Shown: positions 29,497-40,356, counted from the stretch's first letter. The stretch: DNA of 64,000 nt from an uncultured Bacteroidales bacterium (GCA_937944365.1 CALDET010000059.1:6555-70554), one strand, 5' to 3'. A program made the numbers and translations. Notes: generated by a model not told the origin, from the sequence alone.

Positions 29497-31995
29497 TCAT
29501 TGCTGTCCGAAGGTGTCTTCCGGATAGAGCGCTTTCCACCATTCGGGCTGGTCCTTCAGCCAGTGTGCGAACCAAGCGAAGATGACGTTTTGCCAGGCCA
29601 GGCGTTTGTTGTAATCCACAATGACATGGTTTTCGCCGTCTATGCGTACGTAGCTGACGGGACGGCCCAAAATGCGCAGGGCGGTGAACAACTGCTGGCT
29701 TTCGTCGGTCGGGACATTCGTGTCTGCCGTTCCGTGCAACAATAGCAGGGGCGTGTGTATCTTGTCCGCGTTGAAAAGCGGCGATTGCTTGACATACAGG
29801 TCGGGATTGTTCCACGGATAGCTGCCGTACTGGGCCACTTCGCCATAGGTATATCCCCAGTAACCGCCTCCCCAGTAGCTGGCAATGTTGGAAATGCCCG
29901 CGTGCGATATGGCTGCCGCAAAGAGGTCTGTCCGCGTCTGCAGGTATTGTGTCATGAAACCGCCGTAAGAGGCGCCCATGCAGCCTACTTTCTTGGCGTC
30001 GATGTAGGGATGTTCGCGCATGAACTGCTGTGTGCCTTCGATGATGTCGTCTGCCGAGCCTTGCCCCCAGGTATTCACATGGCGGGCGGCGAATTCCTGC
30101 CCGTAGCCGATGGCGCCGCTCGGCTCGCATACGTAGACGACATAGCCTTGTCCGGCCAAAACCTGCAACGGATACTGGAACTCCAGTGTTTTTCCCGTAG
30201 GAGTACATCCGCCGTAGTAGTAGACTATGAGCGGATACTTCTTGCCGGCATCGAAATCCGGGGGAAGGAAATAGAAGCCGCTGATGCTGTCGCCGCGGGA
30301 TGAGAGGAATTTCCAGTCATGACAGGTCCCGATGGCATAATCGGCGTACATCTTGTCAAAATCGAGGTCTCCGATGCGCCGTGCCTTGGGGCGGGCGTTT
30401 GCCAGCGGGCAGACAAACATCTCGCGGGCCCGTTCTCCGGTCTGCCCGAAGAAGGCGGCTTGCGGCTGTCTGCTGTTGGCGGAAATGCTGAACCGCTGGA
30501 TGTAGCTGACGGGAAGCGTGTAATGTGTGACTTTCCCGGTAGTCGGTGAGAGCCGGAACAGGGATTCGTCGCAGCCGTCCGTGGCCTGGAAGTAGATGTT
30601 GCCGTCACCGGGAGCCCAGACAGTCTCGCCGACGGAAGGGGCAAAGTCGCACAACAGCGGACGCACGGTCTTGTGCCGGATGTCGTACAGATAGAGCCGG
30701 TAATCGAAGGCGTTGGGCGTCTGGCCCTCGGCCACTTCGGCACCGATACCGTCAAAAGCGGCAGGAGATGCCTTGACGAGCAGCGACCGGCCGTCGGGCG
30801 AGAAACTGACATCGGCAATGAACGTGGTATCCTGCAACAGGGTGTCCACGTGCAGGGTCTGTACGTCCATGGACAGGACGGCGGTCCGGTGGAATGGCAT
30901 CCGGCGGGTGTCCATACGGGAATAGGTCAGCAGGAGTTGCTTGCCGTCAAGCGAGATGTCCCTCAGGCTGACTGATGCCATGCCGAAAGTGAGGGGTATC
31001 ACCACACCTTGTTCGAACTTGTAGAGCTTCAAGGCGTTGCGGTTGCGCCATCCGGGCTGTTTGTCGTCGGGGTCTTCCATTCTCTTCAGTCCGTTCTCGT
31101 ACTGGCGTCCCTCTTGCGTGTCGTTAAGTACGATGTAGTCTTCGGTAGGTGACATGGTGAAACTGCCGGAAGGCAGATTTTCTGTCAGGACCTGTTCTTC
31201 GCCTGTCGCGGGATTGTAGGAAACGAGCTGTTGCCCGTAGTGCCCTTTTCTTTGGTAATATAAAACGTCGCGCAATGGCATCCATCGGAGGGCGACATAC
31301 TCGTTGGGGCGCATGACACTTCGTCCCGAAGCTGTTTCGGTAACTGTCGTACGGAACAGGTTGCTTCCGTCTTTCTTTTTGTCATAGTAAACCGTGATGA
31401 GATACTTGCCCGATGGCGATAACATGACATCGCTGTAATGTTTTCCCTGCATCATGGCGGCCATTGTATAAGGTTTCTTGCCGGTTGGATTGGCTTGTAA
31501 TCCTTCGAGCTGCTTTCCTGTGAAACTGATGTCGAAGCTGTCCTTGTCCATGGGGCGGGTGAGGCACAGCAGGGCTATTTCCGTGTGTCCGGGCAATAGC
31601 TTGATTTCTGTTCCGCTCAGTTCTTTTCCGTCTACATATATCTTGTGGCTCTTTATGTTATTGACACAGATGTTCGTCTGGGTAAAGCGGTCGGCCGAGA
31701 CGGTGAACTTCAGCGCCGTCAGATAGTAGGCCGAACTGTCGGACGGCGTTGTGGGGAGCAGGGGAGAGCGCTTGGTGATTTCCGTTTGCGCGGTAAAAGG
31801 GGATGAAATGAGCCCCGAGTTCATTTTGAACACTTTCTGGATGTCGTAGGTACTGCCCTTCATGTTGAGTGAGTCCGTCTGGTAAGGTTTCTCCAGACAT
31901 ACGGGCGACTGCATCCATGCCTTTTCCACATGAATGGTGTCGGCATGAGACAGGATGGGGCATAGCAGAAAGCATAAATGGATGAGATTCTTCAT
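29497..31995 (-). CDS. S9 family peptidase (prolyl oligopeptidase/acylaminoacyl-peptidase-like)
   Basis: YYYGG, GASYGG nucleophile elbow, HGTADTNV, GENH; beta-propeller region. Confidence 0.9.
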   Translation of the reverse strand: MKNLIHLCFLLCPILSHADTIHVEKAWMQSPVCLEKPYQTDSLNMKGSTYDIQKVFKMNSGLISSPFTAQTEITKRSPLLPTTPSDSSAYYLTALKFTVSADRFTQTNICVNNIKSHKIYVDGKELSGTEIKLLPGHTEIALLCLTRPMDKDSFDISFTGKQLEGLQANPTGKKPYTMAAMMQGKHYSDVMLSPSGKYLITVYYDKKKDGSNLFRTTVTETASGRSVMRPNEYVALRWMPLRDVLYYQRKGHYGQQLVSYNPATGEEQVLTENLPSGSFTMSPTEDYIVLNDTQEGRQYENGLKRMEDPDDKQPGWRNRNALKLYKFEQGVVIPLTFGMASVSLRDISLDGKQLLLTYSRMDTRRMPFHRTAVLSMDVQTLHVDTLLQDTTFIADVSFSPDGRSLLVKASPAAFDGIGAEVAEGQTPNAFDYRLYLYDIRHKTVRPLLCDFAPSVGETVWAPGDGNIYFQATDGCDESLFRLSPTTGKVTHYTLPVSYIQRFSISANSRQPQAAFFGQTGERAREMFVCPLANARPKARRIGDLDFDKMYADYAIGTCHDWKFLSSRGDSISGFYFLPPDFDAGKKYPLIVYYYGGCTPTGKTLEFQYPLQVLAGQGYVVYVCEPSGAIGYGQEFAARHVNTWGQGSADDIIEGTQQFMREHPYIDAKKVGCMGASYGGFMTQYLQTRTDLFAAAISHAGISNIASYWGGGYWGYTYGEVAQYGSYPWNNPDLYVKQSPLFNADKIHTPLLLLHGTADTNVPTDESQQLFTALRILGRPVSYVRIDGENHVIVDYNKRLAWQNVIFAWFAHWLKDQPEWWKALYPEDTFGQQ

Positions 31996-32058
31996 GATAT
32001 AGGCTGTTTGGTTGTTTCTTGTTCTTGAAAACGCAGGGCTGCCGGGCGCGGCTGTCGG

Positions 32059-32865
32059 TCAGAGGCCTTCGCGCATTTGTCCCATTAACTGAAAGTCTTT
32101 TTTGCGGAGTTTGAATGAGTTGGTGAGGTATTTGTCTCTGACTACCTGATTGACGGCCAGTTCTTCGGGACTTCCTTGGAACAGGATGCGGCCTTCGAAC
32201 AACAGATAGGCGCGGTCAGTGATGCACAAGGTCTCTTCCACGTTGTGGTCGGTGATGAGAATACCGATATTGCGGTCTTTCAGTTTCCAGACTATATATT
32301 GAATGTCTTCCACCGCTATGGGGTCCACACCGGCAAAAGGCTCATCGAGCATGATGAACTTGGGGTCGATGGCCAGACAGCGGGCTATTTCCGTCCGTCG
32401 GCGTTCTCCGCCGGAAAGACGGTCGCCATAGTTCTTGCGGACCTTTTGCAGGCGGAACTCGGCCAGCAGACTCTCTAACTTTTCCCGTTGGTAGTCTTTC
32501 GGCTTTCCCGTCATCTCAAGCACGGATGCGATGTTGTCCTCAACGGTCATCTTGCGAAAAACGGATGCCTCTTGGGCCAGGTAACCGATGCCGGCTTTTG
32601 CGCGTTTGTAGACGGGATAGTCTGTGATGTCTTGCTCGTTCAGATAAATGCGGCCGCCATTGGGGACAACGAGGCCTGTGGTCATGTAAAAGGATGTGGT
32701 CTTTCCCGCACCGTTAGGACCGAGCAAACCGACAATTTCTCCCTGTTTCACATCAAAGGAAACGCCGTTTACGACGGTGCGCTTGCCGTATTTTTTGATT
32801 AAGCCTTCAGTGCGCAACACCATGCCGTCGGATACGGCTGCGGCTTTCAGACTTTCATTTTCCAT
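32059..32865 (-). CDS. lptB: LPS export ABC transporter ATP-binding protein
   Basis: [50 protein letters not shown] 32865 preferred. Confidence 0.93.
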   Translation of the reverse strand: MENESLKAAAVSDGMVLRTEGLIKKYGKRTVVNGVSFDVKQGEIVGLLGPNGAGKTTSFYMTTGLVVPNGGRIYLNEQDITDYPVYKRAKAGIGYLAQEASVFRKMTVEDNIASVLEMTGKPKDYQREKLESLLAEFRLQKVRKNYGDRLSGGERRRTEIARCLAIDPKFIMLDEPFAGVDPIAVEDIQYIVWKLKDRNIGILITDHNVEETLCITDRAYLLFEGRILFQGSPEELAVNQVVRDKYLTNSFKLRKKDFQLMGQMREGL

Positions 32866-32954
32866 TATCTTGTTCTTTTTATCTTGTGACGCATTTGTTT
32901 GTTCCTGTCCCTGTTCCGGATATAACGGAGATGAGGACGGTGGGGCCTGTCTGT

Positions 32955-33509
32955 TCATTTACGCACCATTCCCCCCGCAATCCAGTGTTTTTTCCAGTAT
33001 CTGCTGCTTAAATCGTCCACGACAACGCCTCGTGACGAACTGGCATGTATGAATTTTCCTTTTTTCAGATAAACTCCCACGTGGTCAGCTTTCTGTTTCC
33101 CTTTGCCGGTCTGAAAAAACACCAGGTCTCCTTGGTTGAGGTGCTTGCTGCTTGAGTGCAGCTGGCTGCAATCGTTTTGAAACTGCTCTTTGCAGCTTCG
33201 CGACAAGTTCACACGATAGACATTTCTGTATATCTGGCTTGAAAAACCTGAGCAGTCCACGCCGCTTCTCGTATTACCGCCGTAACGGTATGGCGTGCCG
33301 ACCCAACTGGCGGCTTCAAGGAATAGCCTGTGATTGTCGTGCTCCTCAATATCAAAGCCCAACCTTAGACCGGCACGGGCCAAGGCACGATAATCTGTGC
33401 GTTGCGTGTGCTTTCGTGTAGAGCAGGAGCTGAGGCCCAAAAGCAAAAGAAGTACAAGCGAAATGATAGTGATTCGCTTGTACCCGTTCGTGTTTATTGC
33501 CTTTATCAT
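32955..33509 (-). CDS. NlpC/P60 (C40) lipoprotein peptidase
   Basis: LSSC lipobox, [31 protein letters not shown]. Confidence 0.9.
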   Translation of the reverse strand: MIKAINTNGYKRITIISLVLLLLLGLSSCSTRKHTQRTDYRALARAGLRLGFDIEEHDNHRLFLEAASWVGTPYRYGGNTRSGVDCSGFSSQIYRNVYRVNLSRSCKEQFQNDCSQLHSSSKHLNQGDLVFFQTGKGKQKADHVGVYLKKGKFIHASSSRGVVVDDLSSRYWKKHWIAGGMVRK

Positions 33510-33570
33510 GCAGTGGTGTGACAGGTTGATATTGGAAATTACGATTGTGTCAGGTCGAAGTAGCCTTGGG

Positions 33571-34509
33571 TCAGTTCTTCCTTTCCGAGAGGAAACGTTC
33601 GGCATCCAGGGCTGCCTTGCAACCGCTTGCCGCGGCTGTGATGGCTTGCCGGTAGTGAGGGTCTGCTACGTCTCCGGCAGCAAAAACGCCCTCGACGTTG
33701 GTTTTAGATGTGTGCCCTTCGGTGAGGATGTAGCCCGTTTCGTCTGTCTCTACCCAAGGCTTGAACAGGTCGCTGTTGGGCTTATGTCCGATTGCCAGGA
33801 AGAAACCGTCGATGGCAATGTCGAAAAGTGATTCTTCCGGCGTTCCTTTTTTACGTACCAGGTGCGCGCCTTCCACTCCGTCCGTGCCAAAAAGTCCCAA
33901 CGTGTTGGTCTCAAAAAGTATCTCTATCTTGGGATTTGCGGCAACACGTTCCTGCATGGCTTTGGAAGCACGAAGGAAGGGCTTTCTTACAATCAGATAA
34001 ACCTTGGACGCCAGTCCGGCCAGATAGGTGGCTTCCTCGCACGCCGTATCTCCGCCGCCGACAACCGCAACCGTCTTCTTGCGGTAGAAAAATCCGTCAC
34101 ACGTGGCACAGGCGCTGACACCGGTCCCACGATACTTCTCTTCGTCTGCCAGACCTAAGTATTTGGCTGAGGCACCCGTGGCGATGATGAGCGCTTCACA
34201 GCAGACCGTCGTCCCGTCATCGAAGGTAACGGTGTGGGGAAGGCTTCCCAATTCCACTTTCACGGCGATGGCCGACCGTATTTCGGCGCCGAAACGTTCT
34301 GCCTGCTTTCTGAGGTCATCCATCATCTCGTTGGCATCCACGCCTTCGGGGTAACCGGGAAAATTCTCTATTTCCGTTGTCGTTGTCAGCTGGCCGCCGG
34401 GCTGCAGGCCTTCGTAAATGACAGGGGAAAGGCCGGCGCGACCGGCATAGATGGCGGCGGTGTATCCGGCCGGGCCGGAACCGAGTATCAGGCACTGTAT
34501 GGTTTCCAT
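33571..34509 (-). CDS. trxB: Thioredoxin-disulfide reductase
   Basis: GSGPAGYTAA, CATCDG, GGGDTACEEA, FAAGDV. Confidence 0.96.
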   Translation of the reverse strand: METIQCLILGSGPAGYTAAIYAGRAGLSPVIYEGLQPGGQLTTTTEIENFPGYPEGVDANEMMDDLRKQAERFGAEIRSAIAVKVELGSLPHTVTFDDGTTVCCEALIIATGASAKYLGLADEEKYRGTGVSACATCDGFFYRKKTVAVVGGGDTACEEATYLAGLASKVYLIVRKPFLRASKAMQERVAANPKIEILFETNTLGLFGTDGVEGAHLVRKKGTPEESLFDIAIDGFFLAIGHKPNSDLFKPWVETDETGYILTEGHTSKTNVEGVFAAGDVADPHYRQAITAAASGCKAALDAERFLSERKN

Positions 34510-34572
34510 AAATAATATTGTATTTTGGTGATTGACTGTTTTGGGATTTCTTTTGTGCTTGTTGCGTGTGCG

Positions 34573-35214
34573 TTACCGCAGGTCAATGAGTTCCACGTCC
34601 GGGTAATCGGATTTGTTGAGGCGGAAAAAGCCTTCATTCCAGCTTTTCCCTGTTTTTACCCCGTTTACCCGGATTCGTAACCAGTCTCCGCTTGACTGTT
34701 TGATGCGCACGGAGTGGGGGAGATAGCTTGTCTTGTCGATGATGATGCGCATTTCCGCAATGCCGGCTTTCTTGTTTTTGGCCACAAGCCGCACATTGTA
34801 ACAACTTTTACCGTTATAATTGGTTTCAGACAGGGTGCTGGCATATCCGGACTTGTACAAATTGATAAAAGTGTAAGGATTGACGCTCTGAAGTTCGGCT
34901 TCGGTCGGCGTACTGACGTATGCCTCGCCGCTACCTGCCATGTGCGACCACTGTGTCCTGCCATCGAACCAAGTAGTCATCTGAGGGGCGACAATCTTGA
35001 ACTTGTTGCCTTGCACATAAATGGTTCCGTTCGTGATACCTTTCTCTTGCGTTCCCTTGAAAGCCGTGGCCTCGAATGTAGCTTGCATTCCGCCGCTGCT
35101 TTTCAGCAGGCTGCTGGTCCGGTCCAGGACTTTCTTGGCGGATTCCGCCTTGACGGAAGTATTCAGTCCGAGGCTGAGGAACAGAAGAAGTGTGATAATG
35201 CTGCGAGTCTTCAT
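34573..35214 (-). CDS. LolA-like outer membrane lipoprotein chaperone
   Basis: Signal peptide, G...VQGNKF, WFDGRTQW, NP, ELIDLR end; lies between ftsK and trxB. Confidence 0.8.
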   Translation of the reverse strand: MKTRSIITLLLFLSLGLNTSVKAESAKKVLDRTSSLLKSSGGMQATFEATAFKGTQEKGITNGTIYVQGNKFKIVAPQMTTWFDGRTQWSHMAGSGEAYVSTPTEAELQSVNPYTFINLYKSGYASTLSETNYNGKSCYNVRLVAKNKKAGIAEMRIIIDKTSYLPHSVRIKQSSGDWLRIRVNGVKTGKSWNEGFFRLNKSDYPDVELIDLR

Positions 35215-35226
35215 TTTATTGTGGTT

Positions 35227-37689
35227 TTATCTTAATCCGCTTAATATTGTTTCGAGTTCCGTTTCGTCCGAACAGAGGACTTCGCGCGGCTTGGCGCCTC
35301 TTGTCGGTCCGACGATGCCGGCTCTTTCCAGCTGGTCCATAAGTCTGCCGGCCCGATTGTAGCCTATGGAGAACTTGCGTTGGATCAGCGAGGTGGACCC
35401 CAGTTGATGGACGATGATGAGGCGTGCCGCTTCCTCGAACATCGGGTCCAGATTCTTGGCTTCCAGCACATCGCCCGTGCTTTCATTGTCGCTCTCGGAC
35501 TGGACCTCGGGCAACTCGTAAGGAGTGAGGTATCCCTGCTGACAAGCGATATGGTTGTTGATTCTTTCCACCTCCGGCGTATCGACAAATGCGCATTGCA
35601 CGCGCACAGGCTCGTTCCCGGCCAGGAATAGCATGTCGCCTTTTCCTACCAGCTGGTTGGCACCGGTGCGGTCCAGTATGGTCTGGCTGTCTATGCGCGA
35701 CATAACCTTGAAGGCCATACGTGCGGGGAAGTTTGCCTTAATTGTACCCGTGATGATGTTCGTTGTCGGTCTTTGTGTCGCTATGACCATGTGCATTCCG
35801 ACGGCGCGGGCCAATTGTGCGATGCGGGCAATGGGAAGTTCCACTTCCTTTCCGGCCGTCATGATAAGGTCACCGAACTCGTCTATGATGATAACGATGT
35901 ACGGCATGTATGAATGCCCGTTTTCCGGGTTGAGTTGGCGCGCTTTGAACTTCGCATTGTATTCTTTCACGTTGCGAACTTTTGCTTTCTTGAGCAAATC
36001 GTACCGGTGGTCCATCAATTGACAAAGGCTCTTCAGGGTCTGAACGACTTTCGTCACGTCCGTGATGATGGGGTCCTCGCCATCGGGGATTTTTGCAAGG
36101 AAATGGTTCTCTATGGGGGAGTAAATGCTGAACTCCACCTTTTTGGGGTCTACCATGACCAGTTTCAGTTCCGACGGATGCTTTTTGTACACCAGCGAGG
36201 TGATGATGGCGTTCAGTCCGACGGACTTACCCTGTCCGGTCGCACCGGCAACGAGGAGGTGAGGCATTTTGGCCAAGTCTACCATGTAGACATCGTTGGT
36301 AATGGTCTTTCCGAGCGCGATGGGAAGTTCGAAAGTGCTTTCCTGAAACTTCTTGGAGTTGATGATGCTCTCCATAGAGACGATGCGCGGGTTCTTGTTC
36401 GGCACTTCTATACCGATTGTGCCTTTTCCCGGTATGGGAGCGATGATTCGGATGCCGAGTGCGCTGAGGCTTAATGCGATATCGTCCTCCAAATTGCGGA
36501 TTTTGTTGATTCTGACTCCCGGCGCAGGCGTTATTTCGTACAGGGTAATCGTGGGGCCGATGGTAGCTTTGATGCTTTGTATCTCTACGCCGAAGTTCTT
36601 CAATACCGTAATGATTCTGTCCTTGTTGGCATTTTGTTCGGCCATGTCCACCTGTGGCGTGTTGTCCGAATATTTTTTCAACAAGTCTATTGACGGGAAT
36701 TTGTAGTTCTCCAGGTCCTTGCGCGGGTCATAAGGCTCCATATCCTCGATGTCCCCGGCAGTTTTCTCCGTATCTGCGGCCGGGTCTTCTTTCGCCTCTT
36801 CTTCTTCCGGCTGTTGCATGCCTGTGTTTACCGAGAACGCCGTCGCATCCGTCTCGTCCTCTTTCTCGGCCAGAACCAGCTGGGTTTCCTCTCCGTTGTC
36901 GGCCCGGTTGCTGAAATTCAGACTGACCTCGTAATCTTCGTTATAGGCATGTTCCTCGTTTCCGTCCGTCTCTTCGTCCGTTTCCCCGTTTTCATCGTCG
37001 GCAGGCTGCGGCCGTTTGTGTTGTCCCAGTCGGGGCATGTTGTCGCGGATGAGCTCGTGCGGTTTCATCAGCTTGCGGACAATGACTATGGTCTCGCTGC
37101 TCAGATATACCAGGTAGCAGATGGCGGTAATGAATACGATAAGGTAGGTTGGAATTAGTCCGATGGCCTCCATCATGTTCTCGCTTACCCTTTGGCCGTG
37201 CATACCGCCTAGTCCGAACGTGAAATTGGTTGCGGGAATGATGCTGCCCTGCATTACCCCCAGTGTTACCGACGACCATACCATCAGAATGGAGCAGTTC
37301 AGAAACCATTTCCATAGCCGGACCTTATATACGCGCATCAGTTTGACGCTTAGCGCAATCATGAATATGGGTATGAAGTAGGAGCTTACGCCGAAGCATT
37401 CGTCCATGAAGTATTGGGCCGTGAATGCCCCTAACCGTCCGCCGTAATTGTGCGCTTCCTCCAGCGTTCCGCTGTCTATGCCGGACTGTTCCTCCCATCC
37501 GGTGAAGAAGTGTGAGGTGAAAGCCAGCAGCATGAACAGCGCCATGACCAGAAACAGCATTCCGATGAGAAAGCGCAGCGTGTCCCCTTGATAAAGTTCC
37601 TTCCAACCGTTGGGGAACAGTGAACTTTTCAGACTTTTGTCGCTTTTCTTTGTTTTGGACGATGTGGTATTTTTCTTTTTCTTCGGCAT
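35227..37689 (-). CDS. ftsK: DNA translocase FtsK
   Basis: N-terminal 4TM region, PHLLVAGATGQGKSV, IIDEFGDL, ATQRP, C-terminal gamma domain (STSLIQRKFSIGYNRAGR). Confidence 0.96.
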   Translation of the reverse strand: MPKKKKNTTSSKTKKSDKSLKSSLFPNGWKELYQGDTLRFLIGMLFLVMALFMLLAFTSHFFTGWEEQSGIDSGTLEEAHNYGGRLGAFTAQYFMDECFGVSSYFIPIFMIALSVKLMRVYKVRLWKWFLNCSILMVWSSVTLGVMQGSIIPATNFTFGLGGMHGQRVSENMMEAIGLIPTYLIVFITAICYLVYLSSETIVIVRKLMKPHELIRDNMPRLGQHKRPQPADDENGETDEETDGNEEHAYNEDYEVSLNFSNRADNGEETQLVLAEKEDETDATAFSVNTGMQQPEEEEAKEDPAADTEKTAGDIEDMEPYDPRKDLENYKFPSIDLLKKYSDNTPQVDMAEQNANKDRIITVLKNFGVEIQSIKATIGPTITLYEITPAPGVRINKIRNLEDDIALSLSALGIRIIAPIPGKGTIGIEVPNKNPRIVSMESIINSKKFQESTFELPIALGKTITNDVYMVDLAKMPHLLVAGATGQGKSVGLNAIITSLVYKKHPSELKLVMVDPKKVEFSIYSPIENHFLAKIPDGEDPIITDVTKVVQTLKSLCQLMDHRYDLLKKAKVRNVKEYNAKFKARQLNPENGHSYMPYIVIIIDEFGDLIMTAGKEVELPIARIAQLARAVGMHMVIATQRPTTNIITGTIKANFPARMAFKVMSRIDSQTILDRTGANQLVGKGDMLFLAGNEPVRVQCAFVDTPEVERINNHIACQQGYLTPYELPEVQSESDNESTGDVLEAKNLDPMFEEAARLIIVHQLGSTSLIQRKFSIGYNRAGRLMDQLERAGIVGPTRGAKPREVLCSDETELETILSGLR

Positions 37690-37695
37690 AATCTT

Positions 37696-38970
37696 TTATT
37701 CGGTATAGAATTTAATGAGTCTCTCCAGCGCACGGCGGCATACCGGACAGAATTCCGTTGCTGTGTTGGTTTTCATCCTGCAGTCCTCGTAGGAGCGGAA
37801 AACGCCTTTCGACTGATAGCCGGCACCTTCGTAGACCCCGATTTTCCCGCTTCCGGGTATCAGTTTCGTAGGATAGGCTGCGCCTTCCGGCAGCATGTCC
37901 TGCCATTTTGTGGAAAAGTCTTTCAGCGTCGTGATGTTCTGTTCCCACGGCTCGACATCCGGATAATAGAACTCGACATACTGGTCGTCGTAATAATATT
38001 CGTCCGCCAGTCCGGCAAAGCTGTGTCCGAACTCGTGTACGACGACCGGACGGAAGTCGGAATGCCGTGCAGTGGTCAGCGTATAGGAGTTGTAGATGCC
38101 CCCGCCGCCGTAATTGTCCGTGTTGGCCAATATGATGATGTGCTCGTAAGGGATGCCCGCCAGCATGTCGTGCAATGTGCGGATGCGCAGCGTCGTCAGG
38201 TAGCGGTCCGAGTAGAACGTGTCAAAGTGCGAGCCGAGCGCCGTGTCCTTCCAGTCCCTTTTGCCGGGAATGCTGACGCCGCTGTCCTGCGATACCGCGC
38301 CGACAGCCACGACATTGAACCGTCCCGCGTAGCTTTTGAAAGGCTCGTACGAGAACAGGGCCTGGTCCGCAATGCGTGCGTGTTCGTAAAATTTGTCCAT
38401 CTCATCGGCCGTATAGCCTTCCGCTACGATGGCGATGTCTATCGCTTCGGACGGGTCGCCGCCTCTCCGTATGTACTTGTGCGGGACGCGGTTTCCGCCG
38501 CCGACCGGCCGTATCAGGATGTCATCCGGACAGACCGTGTGGGTGAGCGAGGCGGTTGTCTTTCCCTTGAAGTCGTATAGTTCGACGGTCACCCGTGCGG
38601 AATCTCCGGGCATCGGGAGCAGGAATACGTTTTCGAAGGCTTTCCGCGTTTTTGTGGCTTCTTCCGTCCCTGTCCACTCCTGAAACAGTGACGAGAAAGT
38701 ATTCACGTACAATACGCTGCCGCTCCGGGCGTCGCGCATGACTATCCGGCCGTTTCCCCTCAGGGGTACGGTGTCGAGCCGGTGTTGTCGGCCGGCCCAG
38801 CCCTCCATACATTTCAGTTCTTCCAGGGCTATCTCCTGCCGGGTGGCATCTCCCGAGAAAATATAATCAATCCGCAACGTCTTGTCGAAGTGTATGGAGC
38901 GGTTTTCAGCCCATACCGGTGCATAACCCAACAGGGTGCAAAAAACTATGATAAGGTATCTGGATGGCAT
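37696..38970 (-). CDS. M64 family metallopeptidase (IgA peptidase-like)
   Basis: AEGYT, YGGGG, VHEFGHSFAGLADEY, YEGAGY, C-terminal FCPVC. Confidence 0.88.
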   Translation of the reverse strand: MPSRYLIIVFCTLLGYAPVWAENRSIHFDKTLRIDYIFSGDATRQEIALEELKCMEGWAGRQHRLDTVPLRGNGRIVMRDARSGSVLYVNTFSSLFQEWTGTEEATKTRKAFENVFLLPMPGDSARVTVELYDFKGKTTASLTHTVCPDDILIRPVGGGNRVPHKYIRRGGDPSEAIDIAIVAEGYTADEMDKFYEHARIADQALFSYEPFKSYAGRFNVVAVGAVSQDSGVSIPGKRDWKDTALGSHFDTFYSDRYLTTLRIRTLHDMLAGIPYEHIIILANTDNYGGGGIYNSYTLTTARHSDFRPVVVHEFGHSFAGLADEYYYDDQYVEFYYPDVEPWEQNITTLKDFSTKWQDMLPEGAAYPTKLIPGSGKIGVYEGAGYQSKGVFRSYEDCRMKTNTATEFCPVCRRALERLIKFYTE

Positions 38971-39382
38971 GTGTGGTCTTGTTTCTGCATACTATCTGCA
39001 AAAATACGAATAAAAGTTCATTTGGCAAGGATTATGCACGATGAAATGGCGCTTATTCCGGCTGTTGTTCTCCGTTTGGCCCGCTTAGTCCGGTGTTTCC
39101 CCGTCCGGATTGGTCACGATAAGGGAAAGGTTGATGTTTTTGAGGGTAAAATCCAATGGCAGATGCGTGGCCGACGGCTGAGCCTAAATATAGAGTTTTA
39201 GTTTTATGTGTTTATATAAAATATTATATATCAATATAGTTATTATCTTGGATAAAATGAACGGTAAAGTTGTTGAAATAAAGACTGGAAGGCATTTCCT
39301 TTTGCGCGTCCTCCATGTCGTGCGGAGCAACCGGAAGTAGCTCTTGTTTGTCGTCCGGCCGGTTGTTTTTTGTCCTATGACG

Positions 39383-39635
39383 ATTTTAACACAATTTGCT
39401 TTTGGTCGAAAAATGTATTATATTTGTACTGCGAAAGTGTGGGGACGGCTGAAACCGTCCTTTTTTTCGTGTCTGCGGGGTCGTTTCCCGGGAAAACTGT
39501 CCCTATTGTAGGTTTTCGTGGAAGCCATGTAGGCGAAACTACAAGCCATGTAGTTTTTTGCGGCCCTATATGTAGGAAAAAACAAGAGGGAAATAGTGCT
39601 CTTGAATTGTGCGAAAAAGTTAAAAATGTTAATGT
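39383..39635 (+). repeat. Dispersed ~253-bp intergenic element, copy 3
   Basis: TTTG 39395-39398, TATATTTG 39419-39426, hairpin 39443-39460 plus T7, TGTAG ends at 39511/39532/39553/39575, box 39616-39635. Confidence 0.92.
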
Positions 39636-39755
39636 CCGATGGCGCTGTCTGCCGAATCCGAAGGACGTTTCTTATCGGCTTGTGCCGGTATCCCGGTTGT
39701 GTTCCGTTCCGTCATTTCGGTATTCCCGGCCGGGAGGCAGGATGTGCGGATTAGG

Positions 39756-40334
39756 TCAGGATAATAACTTTCCGACCGCCCTTTTTAGTTTTCTTATATC
39801 CCTGTCAGTCAGCTTCGGATGTCGTTTTGTTCCACCTTTTTCTATATGTCCCGTTGTTTTGAATCCGCTCTGTTTCAGAATTTCCCGCATGGCGTTTGCC
39901 GCGCCGCGGCTTTGCCTGAACAGTATGTTGAAGGGATAGGGCGTTGTGCAGGTGGAGATGATGATGGCCCGCTTGTTCCTGTGCAGCGGACGGGGGAAAC
40001 CTTTCGGCCGGTCCTGTATCAAACCGTAGACCAGCCGGTCGAACAGCATCTTGAACCGTCCCGGTATGTTTCCCCAGTAGCATGGTGCGCCCAGTGCGAT
40101 GGCATCCGCCTCTCTCAGTTCGCGCAAAACGTGTAGGGAATCGTCATCGGACAGTACGCATGCGCCTTGCGTCCGGCAGGCCATGCACCCCTTGCACGGT
40201 TGCACCTGCAAGTCGGAAATATCCAGGAAGACGGTCGTAATGCCCCGCGTTATGGCCTCGCTCTCGACGGTGTGCAGCATCCGTGCGACAATCCCGTCCT
40301 TTCTCGGGCTTCCGTTAAGTATCAGCAACTTCAT
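39756..40334 (-). CDS. Flavodoxin family protein (iron-sulfur flavoprotein/NADPH-dependent FMN reductase-like)
   Basis: ILNGSPRKDG, CKGCMAC...C..DD, GAPCYWG; ATG 40334. Confidence 0.85.
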   Translation of the reverse strand: MKLLILNGSPRKDGIVARMLHTVESEAITRGITTVFLDISDLQVQPCKGCMACRTQGACVLSDDDSLHVLRELREADAIALGAPCYWGNIPGRFKMLFDRLVYGLIQDRPKGFPRPLHRNKRAIIISTCTTPYPFNILFRQSRGAANAMREILKQSGFKTTGHIEKGGTKRHPKLTDRDIRKLKRAVGKLLS

Positions 40335-40356
40335 TTCCGATGTGTCCGGCCGGGAC

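Noticed and set aside
39370..39939. ORFs crossing the repeat element (also 11271-11693, 56831-57151, 57006-57242, 57037-57270)
   Set aside because: Starts, stops and frames are not conserved between copies and copy 2 has no such ORF, so the element appears non-coding
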